Assembly: GCA_964187785.1 (NCBI GenBank)
Contig: OZ076409.1
Coordinates: 4,342,001-4,406,000, forward strand
Source: Amphiscolops sp. MND2022
Taxonomy: Eukaryota
Direction of reading: 5' to 3'
Length of the DNA: 64,000 nt
In this document: positions 51,851-62,420 of the stretch, piece after piece
Layout of the letters: every line of letters begins with the position of its first letter
Numbering within the stretch: the stretch's first letter is position 1
Translations under genes and position numbers: made by a program
The notes under the pieces: model-generated
The model's database searches: none
Told to the model about the DNA's origin: nothing
What the model saw: the letters and a program-made list of their open reading frames with translations, nothing else

Positions 51851-54737
51851 ATGGCCAATCAGCTCGGGCTTCAGTAGATTTAGCTGTGTCCCGTACCAAA
51901 GTACGCAGCATATCGTGAAAGTTTCCTCGATTCCTCCGAATTTTCAGAAAACAGGGCGTACCAGCATGAAGAACCTACTGCATTGAGGAGCTGTAGTATT
52001 ACATTCTTTTTTAGTTGTTTGTGCAGAATTTTTCTGAAAATTTCAAATATGCAGAATTTTCAAAGCTAAGCCTTTTCTCAGTCGACTTCATTCGTTTGAG
52101 TGTGCTCTTTTGATTGGACAGTGTGATGAGTGACGTCATTTCTGAAAGCTGAACGACCGACAAAGGGAGAGCTAGTTTTCAATAATTTTGGTAGTGCTCT
52201 CAATTTTATGTTACGTCATACATGTATCAAGAATCATGAGTTAAAGTTTGTTCACTGAGATGAACATGGCCAATAAGAGATTAAAATCATCGATCGTTAA
52301 ACAGCCACACCGTACAGTCGAAGATAGCTAAATTCATTAACAAAAATCAAAAACATCAAAGGCCCAACTAAAAAAAACGAATTGTTCACTGTGCACCAGT
52401 CTTCACAAAACTTCAATTTACTTCAGAGTCTTGAACAGAGCAAGAACAATATTGGGCGAATCTCTTTCGGTGTTTGATTCCACCTTACAATAGTACTAGA
52501 CGTGTACGGTTGAACGGAGAGAGTCAAGAGAAAGAAAAGTGTTAAAAGAAAGTTACTTACGTGATTGGAGAAGGATCGTCTTCAGTCGGGTGTTGCTTGA
52601 TAGGTTAATTAGTGGTTAATGATGTTCAAGAATGTGGTAGTGTTGTTATTACATAAATGGTCGCACATATTCCAATTGAAATGTAAAATTTATCTTGACT
52701 TTTTTTACATTTTCCTAAAATCCTACTTAGATTTCATGTCAACATCCTAACTGCTCACTCAGTGGCTCATTAAAAAAACTGTACCAGGTAGAAAAAAATG
52801 CAATTAGTTATCTACCTTTCCAAAATTCATTCTACCTGCTGATTTTGTTGTCAATGAGAACAGAAATTACCGATAATATGAGATCAATAACAAGAGTATT
52901 TTAAGTTTAAATTGTGGTGAATATCCGAAGTCTCACAAGGACCACACACTATTCACCACAACAGCGCTGAATGGAAGCTAGTTTTAAAGGATGCCGATCA
53001 TTCTGTAGTGGTACCACTGTGGTAGCTGGTCTGTGGAAAGGGCAGTTGCTGGCGCGATGCTGCATATGTGGAACTTTTTGTTCTCAACAGCAACCCTCTT
53101 CTCGTCAATTGCAGGCTTGAACCATCCTTGGATGGTGAAGCCTTGGGACCCGTTCACACTTGCAATCAATTTCTCAACAGCGGCGTCTAAGTCGATCCTA
53201 TCGAGTTTTTCATTGTCGCCCTTAAGGCAACGAGCAGTCGGGGTGACCAAGACATTGGTGAGTGCGTTTGAATTCACTCGAAAAACATCACCGACATTGT
53301 TCATTTCCGTGGTGAGCTCGGGGCACGTGAAGGCAAGGGAGATAGCCCAGGTTCTGTCCTGGTTTGTTTCGAGGCGCGGGCATGGATCGTGGTAAGTCTG
53401 CCCGTCACAAAGCCTAGACGGACAGACACTGTCGGCAACCAATGCGGAGTCTAGCTTAAGGGCTTTCGTGGTAAAGAGAAAACTGCCGTAGTTGCTGTTC
53501 TCCACGTCGAATGGCGGCGGATCGGAAACATTAGTCGGAGCGGCAATCGGTACCAGGGGCTCATTCGTTGTCACTAACCTTGTTTGGCCCCGTGACAAAT
53601 GGCCAATCAGCTCGGGCTTCAGTAGATTTAGCTGTGTCCCGTACCAAAGTACGCAGCATATCGTGAAAGTTTCCTCGATTCCTCCGAATTTTCAGAAAAC
53701 AGGGCGTACCAGCATGAAGAACCTACTGCATTGAGGAGCTGTAGTATTACATTCTTTTTTAGTTGTTTGTGCAGAATTTTTCTGAAAATTTCAAATATGC
53801 AGAATTTTCAAAGCTAAGCCTTTTCTCAGTCGACTTCATTCGTTTGAGTGTGCTCTTTTGATTGGACAGTGTGATGAGTGACGTCATTTCTGAAAGCTGA
53901 ACGACCGACAAAGGGAGAGCTAGTTTTCAATAATTTTGGTAGTGCTCTCAATTTTATGTTACGTCATACATGTATCAAGAATCATGAGTTAAAGTTTGTT
54001 CACTGAGATGAACATGGCCAATAAGAGATTAAAATCATCGATCGTTAAACAGCCACACCGTACAGTCGAAGATAGCTAAATTCATTAACAAAAATCAAAA
54101 ACATCAAAGGCCCAACTAAAAAAAAACGAATTGTTCACTGTGCACCAGTCTTCACAAAACTTCAATTTACTTCAGAGTCTTGAACAGAGCAAGAACAATA
54201 TTGGGCGAATCTCTTTCGGTGTTTGATTCCACCTTACAATAGTACTAGACGTGTACGGTTGAACGGAGAGAGTCAAGAGAAAGAAAAGTGTTAAGAAAAG
54301 AAAGTTACTTACGTGATTGGAGAAGGATCGTCTTCAGTCGGGTGTTGCTTTATAGGTTAATTAGTGGTTAATGATGTTCAAGATAGTGGTAGTGTTGTTA
54401 TTACATAAATGATCGCACATATTCCAATTGAAAAGTAAAATTTACCTTGGCTTTTTTTTACATTTTCATAAAATCCTACTTAGATTTCATGTCAACCTCC
54501 TAACTGCTCACTCAGTGGCTCATTAAAAAAAACTGTACCAGGTAGAAAAAAATGCAATTAGTTATCTACCTTTCCAAAATTCATTCTACCTGCTGATTTT
54601 GTTGTCAATGAGAACAGAAATTACCGATAATATGAGATCAATAACAAGAGTATTTTAAGTTTAAATTGTGGTGAGTATTCGAAGTCTCACAAGGACCACA
54701 CACTATTCACCACAACAGCGCTGAATGGAAGCTAGTT

Positions 54738-55730
54738 TTAAAGGATGCCGATCATTCTGTAGTGGTACCACTGTGGTAGCTGCTCTGTGGAAAGGGCAGT
54801 TGCTGGCGCGATGCTGCATATGTGGAACTTTTTGTTCTCAACAGCAACCCTCTTCTCGTCAATTGCAGGCTTGAACCATCCTTGGATGGTGAAGCCTTGG
54901 GACCCGTTCACACTTGCAATCATTTTCTCAACAGCGGCGTCTAACTCGAACCTATCGAGTTTTTAATTGTCGCCTTTAAGGCAACAAGCAGTCGGGGTGA
55001 CAACGACATTGGTGAGGGCGTTTGAATTCACTCGGAAAACATCACCGACATTGTTTATTTCCGTTGTGAGCTCGGGGCACGTGAAGGCAAGGGAGATAGC
55101 CCAGGTTCTGTCCTGGTTTATTTCGAGGCGCGGTCATGGATCGTTGTAAGTCTGCCCGTCACAAAGCCTAGACGGACAGACACTTTCGGCAACCAATGCG
55201 GAGTCTAGCTTAAGGGCTTTCGTGGTAAAGAGAAAACCGCCGTAGTTGCTCTTCTCCACGTCGAATGGCGGCGGAACGGAAACATTAATCGGAGCTGCAA
55301 TCGGTACCAGGGGCTCATTCGTTGTCACTAACCTTGTTTGGCCCCGTGACAAATGGCCAATCAGCTCGGGCTTCAGTAGATTTAGCTGTGTCCCCGTACC
55401 AAAGTACGCAGCATATCTTGAAAGTTTCCTCGATTCCTCCGAATTTTCAGAAAACAGGGCGTAGCAGCATGAAGAACCTACTGCATTGAGGAGGAAGAAT
55501 CTATATTTCTCAACCTCCAATTTCCTGGACGCCTGCCCATAATTTTTAGTTGTTCTGGAGTAGTTGATCTTCTTGGCGGGCTGTGCTGCGTAGAAAAACG
55601 TGACTGAGAGTTTAGAGAGTCTCGGAAGATTGTCTTGACCTTCGAACGTCGATGGATCTGTGGTGGTGAACTTCGCTGCTTTTGATTGAGCACTTGACAA
55701 ATTCAGTTTAGCTTCTAGGAAGCTCGGCAT
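54738..55730 (-). pseudogene. Full-length accessory gene (~330 aa), putative RPA70-like OB-fold/zinc-ribbon ssDNA-binding protein; in-frame stops
   Basis: ATG at 55730; frame continues through TGA at 55134 (TGC in other copies) to TAA at 54738; beta-rich pattern with a Cys cluster. The OB-fold call is inference from context, since Helitrons are known to carry RPA-like genes. Confidence 0.55.
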
Positions 55731-56777
55731 TATTTATCAAGGAATTCGAAAACATAAGTCACGTTTTCAGAATGTTATTTTTCACCGAGCAAATGGAAGC
55801 ATTCGTCTAAACCAGGTTACAATTAGTTTTGGTCTCAAAATACTCTTGAATTGTCCGGAAAAAGTCAATTAACAAGGGAAAAGTGAATATATATGTACAG
55901 TTTGATACCATAAACAAGTTACTATTATACAGTTACGGATTTAATCGATATCTGTTTCAATGGAAACCGGGAAGTCATTTGAATGTCCATACCACAAATC
56001 CTGGTAAACTGTACGCTAATGACTATAATACAAACATAACACTATTAACAAGTTCGATATATACAGGTTTATATACAATGAATAGCTTAAGATGGACCTG
56101 AAACGTGATAAATTTTCGTGGACTCCCCTTTGTTAATGTATTAAGTTACATTATTGAGATAGTGAAGTTGATGTATTTTATTAGGTGCAAGTTGGAGAAA
56201 AATTGGATAAATTAGAAAAATTCGGTTTAGGTTTTGAAAAGATGGCGAAGTAAAAGAAACTTTCAGAACAAACTAAAAAGATTTTCGAAAAAAAACTAAA
56301 AATTCTAAAAATGTTGATGAAAAAGCTTGAAAAGTAAAAACAATCCACACTTTCCAATATTGAAAGTGTTTGTTTTTTTTTGGTTTATTGGTTTTTTTTG
56401 GGTTTTTTAAATATTTTTTTGGCGGGCGGGGGGGGGGGGGGTTACAGGATTATACATTTTTTTGGGTTTTGTATACTGGTAAACAGCCTTTTTTTGTTTT
56501 TTTTGGAGTTTCTGGTTTTTTCTTTCAACCCAGAAAACTTGGCAAACTGGGCGCAAATTTTGAGACAGCTGCTTCGGGTCCAGGTTGAAGCAAGGACGTA
56601 GACAAGCATAACTTTTTCCGCGAAGACAGCTGGCAATCGTGTGAGCAGGCCAGGTTTCCTCTCCATCTCTTCTACGTCGCCAGAACCCTAATAAAAAGAA
56701 AAAGTCGGAAAAGAAGAAAAGAGAGGAAAAAAGTCAGTTTAAGCGCTTAAAGGGCCTAAACTGAAAAAGCGCATGTT

Positions 56778-57438
56778 TTAAGAATCTTGTTCACGGAAGG
56801 AACGAATAATTCTACCAGGCGATAAATTTCGCGAAGTTTGAGTTTGATGAACCATATCATTAACTTTGAACGCAGAATTAGTTAATTTCAAATCGAAGTA
56901 ATGGAAAAAGTTATCCTTTAAGAGGCGATTCATTTTATTGTCAAGTAAAGTATCATATTCATTTGGGGGCATTTGACTCTGCTGACTTACTGCTCCGGGC
57001 TCATTTTTTTCATCAGTCTTCCTCCTTCTACACAAAACAACAACGTAACGAATATCTCTTGCCTTGGCTTTTCGTTCTAAACCCCTCAAAATGTGAATAA
57101 TGCTTTCTGGGGACTCAGGCTTATGATGCAATGGATTCAGTCATGGGGCAACTGTAAGGCTATTCATAATAACATCCATATTTAACACAATCGTGGAGGA
57201 ATTCGAATTCAGAGCCTGCTGAAACAAATTTTTAGCCTCTTTTTCCCAATTAATGTGATTAAACTTAGCTCCTTGTTTCGCAAAAATTTTGAAATCGATA
57301 TGAGGGGGTGTTCCAGTCCAGTGAGATGATCCAGGGGTTGCGAACAGTTGGGAGTGTCGCAGTTGCAAGCAACCAGGGGCAGCTTCTGAATAGAAACGAG
57401 GTTGCTGGCTCCGACGACGACAATTTTTGGAGCTTCCA
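56778..57438 (-). pseudogene. SGNH/GDSL hydrolase-like accessory gene (frameshift and in-frame TGA)
   Basis: KIVVVGASNL (block I), KQGAK (II), DVIMNSL (III), NDMVHQ (V) across ORFs 57209, 57141 and 56778. Confidence 0.6.
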
Positions 57439-57614
57439 TTTGATCTGAAGACAAATACAAAGGTTGATGTTTTTCGCATAAGTGGAAGTAATCATTGTTA
57501 CATGAATGAAAACAGTGCAAGTAACAAGCCCTGAAAGACTATGCTACAACTAGGCTAACGACCTGTGGCTAATAGTCAAAGTATCCCTAGCAGGCAACTC
57601 CATATATTAGATCC

Positions 57615-57848
57615 CTTCTTTCTTCATCGTCGTCCGTTGTCCCTTTTATTACAAATAATACGAATATAAATACTACATATGCTCATCTTCTTTCCTCATC
57701 GTCGTCCGTTGTCCCTTTTATCACAAATATTATGAGTATAAATAGTACATATGCTAATCTTCTTTCATCGTCGTCCGTTGTCCTTTTGATTACAAATATT
57801 ACGAATGAAAATAGTACATATGCTCATCTTTCTTCTTCGTCGTCGGCT
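57615..57848. repeat. Minisatellite, about 3.5 copies of a ~70-bp unit
   Basis: CATCGTCGTCCGTTGTCC...ACAAATA...TACATATGCTCATCTT repeated at 57625, 57697, 57766 and (degenerate) 57835. Confidence 0.9.
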
Positions 57849-58108
57849 GTCTCTTACTGCAAACAATTTAATTCGAAAACTACTGCGGTTGCTGTTACTC
57901 TGAGGTCTGTATTATCTTTCTTCATCTCAACCTTCTAGCTCATCTCAGGGAAAACCAAATGTAAGAGTAGGAAAAGAGTTGAATTCAGTCAGTCATTAAG
58001 TCTAGTTTTAGTTCTTTTCTGTCAAAAAAGTCGAAAAGTCTTGTTGAAAAAAGTCAGAATCGGAGTCAATTGTCCGTGCAGTGATAGTTTTCTTTTAATT
58101 TATGGGTT

Positions 58109-58226
58109 GGTGTATGAACTCCGAAGACTCACAAGGTCTACACAAGCTCAGACACCGTTATTAGATTTTCAGTAGTTTGTGCATGAACTTCGAAGACTCA
58201 CAAGGTCCACACAACATCATACACAA
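58109..58226 (-). ncRNA. Two tandem copies of the conserved stem-loop 3' of the RepHel gene
   Basis: 58109-58156 and 58177-58226 share the core TGTGT-RGAC-CTTGTGA-GTCT-TCGR with different but self-complementary outer stems. Confidence 0.6.
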
Positions 58227-58431
58227 TAGATTCTTCTTCATCATCCACTAAGCTGTCACTTCTGCTGTTCTTGATTTGATGGTAACTACCAGTAATAGAC
58301 GTTAACCTACCTTCCTAGATTTTACGCACCAGTTTTAAGAGGCAAATGGCTCAAAAGGGCAACATACCTCGAAGTTTACATTACATGATTTTTTACTCTA
58401 ACTAGTACGACCGCAAACACAAAAGTAGAGG

Positions 58432-61400
58432 TTAGTTTTTCTCGTTCATTTTTTCCTGAAAAAGAGCTGTCATGTCGTTTAATGTTTTAAGATTGGCGCG
58501 GCGCTGATACATCGCATTATGTAAGTCTCGCTCTAAGTCTACACGGGAACTATCGGAGTCAAAGTTACAAACAAACGCGGCAATGGCCCAAGGTAATCGA
58601 TGCGATACGTTTGTAAAGTCTGATCCATTTCCGCTGTTATGTCCCGAGAGACGTACTAAAAAGGCGCGTTTAGTTTGACCAACGTAAAAGGTTTGGAGCG
58701 AGCACTGGTTGACACTGAATAATAAGTACACAAAACCATTAGGTGTTTCAGGGATTGTTTCATTAAAAGGTACGTAAGACGTTCTTGAAACGTTGATGGG
58801 TTCTACAATAGACCCTGACCTTGAATTTCTTCTTATTTTATCAAGTAAAGAAAACATGTGTTCTTCTTTTCGATCCCGTTGTTGGAAAAGTGTTTTAATG
58901 GCGCTCAACGTAGCTGTTTTATCTCCGACAAAAGTTAGTTTTTTCAATTGCTTAACACGACTAACGATGACGAAATTTTGCGCCGTCATCCACAAGGCAT
59001 AGCTTTTATCCGTTGCCGAGATGGACGTCGCCAGCTTGTCAAACGTATCACCCATTAAATTGTGAGTTGTCAGAGCAACAAAGTTCATTAGGGGAATTTG
59101 GGTTCGTCTCACTGAGTTTTACTTGAAAGCTTGAACAAACCCAGTTTGCCTGGTCAAACTCACAGTCCCCCAGGTAAGGTATTCTCCACGTTGCAACATC
59201 TAAGGAGTGATGCTTACCTCACCACCGCTACTGTCTGGGACGTAAATTGTTACCGAGTCACCTGTAGGAACGTCATGAAGAACCCCGACCTGTCCTTGAG
59301 ACAACTGCTCAGATTTCAAATTGACAGTGACCCTAATCAAAGCTTTTGAGTAAACAATTAGCTGCTTCGGTTCGTTTACCTTGTCGTTCAGATGGTCGGT
59401 GCTCGCAATTATTGTCGAATCAATTAAACCTTGCGTTTTTTGTTATTTAGTTCAGCCAAAATTTTCCTAGTTTTTTATTTTCAATTTTTTGAACCTGCAC
59501 ATTGTGGGCATTCGCGGGATTCATGGAGACATCAGCATGTTCTTCTTTACCAGCTGCGTAAGATGTTAAATACCTTGAAGCGACTGATTTGCAAACTTTA
59601 AGAACATTTAAACTGGACTTGGTAATGCTCCACAAAGCTACATTAAGAGGTGACATGTGCTCTCCTTTTTGGGCAGCGTACATATACTTACCAGCCAACA
59701 AAGTAGACGTTACCTGCAAAACGTTGAAATACCCCGGCATTGCCTCAGCCAAGCCAAGTTCTTGCAATGCTTCCAGGGCTTCTCTGGAATGGGGCTGGTG
59801 GAACTCTTTGTACCACGGAACGTGACTTTGCGGGTAAGCAGGAAAGCGACATTTACGTTCCCCATTTAACCATAACTTTTTAAAGCAATGTCCCTTTTCA
59901 CAGTCATGCGTTTGAACACGAACACAATCATCGTACAACCTACCTGCGTGTTCTTCACTATTCAGTCCCAAAATTGATTTCGAACTATTTTTTGAAATGG
60001 TGCAGGACATGTTGCACATTGAATTTTTTCCAAGATGTCTTCGTCTGAAGGTTTCAACCAAAAAAAAATGTGGTAATGCTGTAAATTAGCGGCAGCACTC
60101 TGGAATTCTGCCCTACCCCACACTTTTAAAATTTCGCCTAAAATGTGTTAGTCAGAGAACCTGAGGTAATCAAGTAAAAGTTCGATGGTTCTGGTCCAAC
60201 ATCGCACAATAATTACCATGTACGCTCGGAGTATTTCTTTTTGCTCTTCTGTTGTTGCGGAACCAAAAAGTTCCTAAATAGCTTGTAAGTAGCAGTACTA
60301 CTTCTGCTACTCCCGGATGTTCTTCTTGATTACAAGTGAATGTTACAAACAAATCAGGTGTTTCAGATGCGCACGCTGTTCCTAACCGGTTTACATGTAC
60401 ATCGCTATCGACACTGTCCATTTTTAAAACACTTTCTGTTGACGTTAGTTGGTGTGGTCTATACTTATCAATAGAACTTGTCTGCAAACCTCTTTTGAAA
60501 AACTGGTTTGCGTGGCATTTTGTCAAAGATAAATTTAAAACGGCATCGATTGCGTGCATGATGTAAGGCAAGCTAGATGATGTCAACAGTGTCCTGTCTT
60601 TAAGTCGTAGCCTTAAGTGTTCATGCAAACCATCATAATCGAATTTGGAATTGGTTTTTTTGTCGTCGTAAACGAAAAATGGCAGAGCTCCGGGAAACGA
60701 GCCGTCTTCTAATTGTTTATAAAAAATGCTGGGAAACAAACAAGCCTCAGGTTGAAGTAAAGGAATTGATCTACCTGGTCAAAACACTACGAAAATTTGA
60801 ATAAATCGTTGGAATTTCTTACCTACATGCTTAGGATATTTCAACCGTTTCATTACCTGACATTCACCATTTAATAAAACGTGCATTGGCACGAATTTCG
60901 AGTCATTGGATAAGTACACAGGTTCGGATTCCTGTGTTCCCGCATCGACAAATAACTCAGGGCAATCGAACTCGTTCATATTTGCTTCTGGGTCTTCTTC
61001 TGGTCTTTTAACAAAGTCCAAGTTAAACACGTTTTCGTGTCCTACAACTGGTTCGTCAACCACAGCTGCTGGGACATCATGTTCTTCGTCGCTGCTGTCG
61101 TTGATGCAGACGGTGTGTTTTTCAGCAGACGGTGTGTTGTCGACCAGAACACGATCGGTGCTATCGCAGAACTCGGTGAAGTGAGTTTTGCAAACAGAGG
61201 CACAGCATTGTTTTTCAGGACAGCGCCACGCAGACTTACGTGTACAAATACCAATGGTGTTTCTGGGAACACTACATTTCTGAAAACTAGTGTTTCTGGG
61301 AACATTAGCTGTGATCGACTTCTTTTTAGTTGAGCTGTATGGTCGTTTTATGTTTTATGGTGTCACTTTTGGTATACTTTTGCTCTCGACATTTTTTATT

Positions 61401-62290
61401 CGGGGAATATCAGGGTCAAGAAGATCACTGCTCCGTTTTTTTCTGCTTTTTTCTCCCGCTGCTTCTCGCGTTCCGATTTCTCCAAAAGCTGCTTCGGTAG
61501 ACCTGCACAAACTGAAGTAGCTGTAGTAACTTTCACACAGATGTTAGTCAACTCGAACAACGTATGCCTCGTCAACTGACATGCCACAGGGTAGAAGTGG
61601 GTGACAGGGCTTTGAACAGTGCCTATAACAATGACTAGGTTCAACTTTCCCTCAAACGGCACATGCGTTGTTTCTTTCAGTAAGTCCCATTGTTTTTCTT
61701 TCTAGAAAGGAAGAGTTTACGAGGTTGTCAAACAATTCGTTAGACTCGTCACTGGATTCTTCGAGCATAGGATCATTGTTGACTTTCACAACTCCGGTCC
61801 ATTCTTGTCGTTTCCATTGCATTTTAACACTCGTACCTCCTTTTATTTCCAAAACGTCGGATAGAACAATAAATTTTTTGTACTGTACTTCTTGTTGTCC
61901 CTAATATCTTCAATAGCTTTATTATTCTTAAACGGTTTCCAATAAACTGATTGCCAAACAACTTGCGTAGATGCAGCCATTGCAAAATCTTAAATATATA
62001 ATAGATCAAGCTGAGAAGTAAGTAAAGATGAAGAAATATTTTGTTCATTACTGTGATCAAAAGGTCTTGAAATGGTTCGTCCTGATGAACAAATTCTTCT
62101 GTTTCCTAGCGTGTAATTCGTCTTCACTGTGATGATTCAGTGAAATATTCATTCTCGATGAAGTATTATGTTCATTGATTTTTTCCAAGATGTTTCAATA
62201 CATTCTTTTTTAGTTGTTTGTGCAGATTTTTTCTGTAAATTTCAAATGTGCAGAATTTTGAAAGCTAATCCTTTTCTCAGTCGACTTCAT
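58432..62290 (-). pseudogene. RepHel: HUH replication initiator, Pif1-family helicase (internally deleted) and C-terminal GIY-YIG nuclease
   Basis: LFVTFTCN (motif 1, ~60340), WGRAEFQSAAANLQHYHI (HUH, ~60070-60120), RYLTSYAAG (Y2, ~59560); helicase EPKQLIVY..TVN..SQGQVG, RRTQIPL..ALTTHNLMGDT, VIVSRV; GFVYLL..FYVGQT..RLSGHNSG..PW. Walker A/B region lost at ~59445. Confidence 0.88.
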
Positions 62291-62299
62291 TTGTTTGAG

Positions 62300-62420
62300 T
62301 GTGCTCTTTTGATTGGACAGTGTGATGAGTGACGTCATTTCTGAAAGCTGACCGACCGACAAAGGGAGAGCTAGTTCTCAATACTTTTGGTAGTGCTCTT
62401 ATTTTTATGTTACGTCATAC
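62300..62420 (-). promoter_or_regulatory. Putative RepHel promoter (copied in each array unit)
   Basis: CCAAT (62312-62316, minus), perfect CRE TGACGTCA (62330-62337) and TTACGTCA (~62410) upstream of the ATG at 62290. Confidence 0.4.

Larger units (their letters stand above)
41494..55493. repeat. Tandem array of 8 units of ~1.75 kb (3' part of the OB-like gene, intergenic region, RepHel promoter and start)
   Basis: Junction motif TAGTATTAC at 43236, 44985, 46734, 48486, 50240, 51994, 53742 (periods 1748-1754); the same ORF remnants in each unit; a ninth partial unit at ~62200-63775. Confidence 0.97.

Noticed and set aside
41494..55493. Regularly spaced repeats as a CRISPR-like array
   Set aside because: Whole 1.75-kb units repeat with no unique spacers; eukaryotic context; no cas genes.
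57141..57143. In-frame TGA in the SGNH gene (and KVR*CGG in the PLE RT) as selenocysteine or readthrough
   Set aside because: Both ORFs carry other frameshifts, single substitutions explain the stops, and no SECIS-like element is seen.
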